Positions 63,482 to 64,000 of a DNA stretch of 64,000 nt are shown in pieces. This DNA is from Mobula hypostoma (Eukaryota). The notes under the pieces were generated by a model. It had not been told where the DNA came from. It made no database searches and saw only the letters and a program-made list of their open reading frames with translations. The translations under genes were made by a program, and so were the position numbers. Position 1 is the stretch's first letter; every line of letters starts with the position of its first letter. The stretch lies in NCBI RefSeq assembly GCF_963921235.1, contig NC_086108.1:29452001-29516000 (forward strand). The letters run 5' to 3'.

Positions 63482-63956
63482 TCACTGGGGCAGGTGCTGT
63501 AGATGGTCTCGGTGTCCTTTGGACAAGGAGGTTTCACTGGGGCAGGTGCTGTAGATGGTCTCGGTGTCCTTTGGACAAGGAGGTTTCACTGGGGCAGATG
63601 CTGTAGGTGGTCTCGGTGTCCTTTGGACAAGGAGGTTTCACTGGGGCAGATGCTGTAGGTGGTCTCGGTGTCCTTTGGACAAGGAGGTCTCACTGGGGCA
63701 GATGCTGTAGGTGGTCTCTGTGTCCTTTGGACAAGGAGGTTTCACTGGGGCAGGTGCTGTAGATGGTCTCGGTGTCCTTTGGACAAGGAGGTTTCACTGG
63801 GGCAGATGCTGTAGGTGGTCTCGGTGTCCTTTGGATGAAGAGGTTTCACTGGGGCAGATGTTGTCGGTGGTCTCAGTGTCCTTTGGATGAGGAGGTTTCA
63901 CTGGGGCAGATGCTGTATGTGGTCTCGGTGTCCTTTGGACAAGGAGGCCTCACTGG
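63482..63956 (+). repeat. 52-bp minisatellite, 9 copies plus 7 bp
   Basis: Unit TCACTGGGGCAG(G/A)TGCTGTAG(A/G)TGGTCTCGGTGTCCTTTGGACAAGGAGGTT, with starts at 63482, 63534, 63586 ... 63950. Confidence 0.97.
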
Positions 63957-64000
63957 AGATCAGTTATCAGAAGTTACCTTTGAACCATATTGTAGCAAAT

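Larger units (their letters stand above)
15427..64000 (+). other. Intron 1 of the galactosyltransferase gene (extends beyond the window)
   Basis: GTGAGT donor at 15427. I could not find the expected exon 2 (ATDHN.DNT motif) by eye downstream. Confidence 0.6.

Noticed and set aside
63482..63956. CRISPR array
   Set aside because: The units are contiguous with no unique spacers, there are no cas genes, and the context is vertebrate.

Overview
This is eukaryotic, not prokaryotic, DNA: an AT-rich, repeat-dense vertebrate region. The repeat inventory (HE1/V-type SINEs, HER1-like CR1 LINEs, abundant Rex1/Babar and Penelope copies) suggests a cartilaginous fish, probably a ray; that assignment is inference. 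The only host gene I can firmly support is coding exon 1 of a procollagen galactosyltransferase, most like COLGALT2 (+, 15197-15426, GTGAGT donor). It lies in a CpG-retaining domain, and I could not find exon 2, so intron 1 appears to fill the remaining ~48 kb. A second, divergent first-exon candidate lies at 2747-2812 (-). Most of the rest is decayed and often nested mobile DNA: CR1, Rex1/Babar, RTE and L1-like LINEs, Neptune-type Penelope-like elements (PLEs), a non-autonomous Gypsy element, a solo LTR, Tc1 and Tigger DNA transposons, several SINE families and a 52-bp minisatellite. Almost all ORFs in the track are TE remnants or chance ORFs. I found no convincing new protein-coding system. 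The most notable structures are: two intact-core minimal hammerhead ribozymes in PLE terminal repeats; a Gypsy element whose 5' LTR is replaced by an inverted 77-bp LTR cassette; a ~95-bp piece of the CpG island copied into a CR1 deletion and then CpG-decayed; a young SINE with a TSD that resembles invertebrate SINEs; and a three-level TE nest containing an unclassified solo LTR. All family names come from motif recognition, without database searches.
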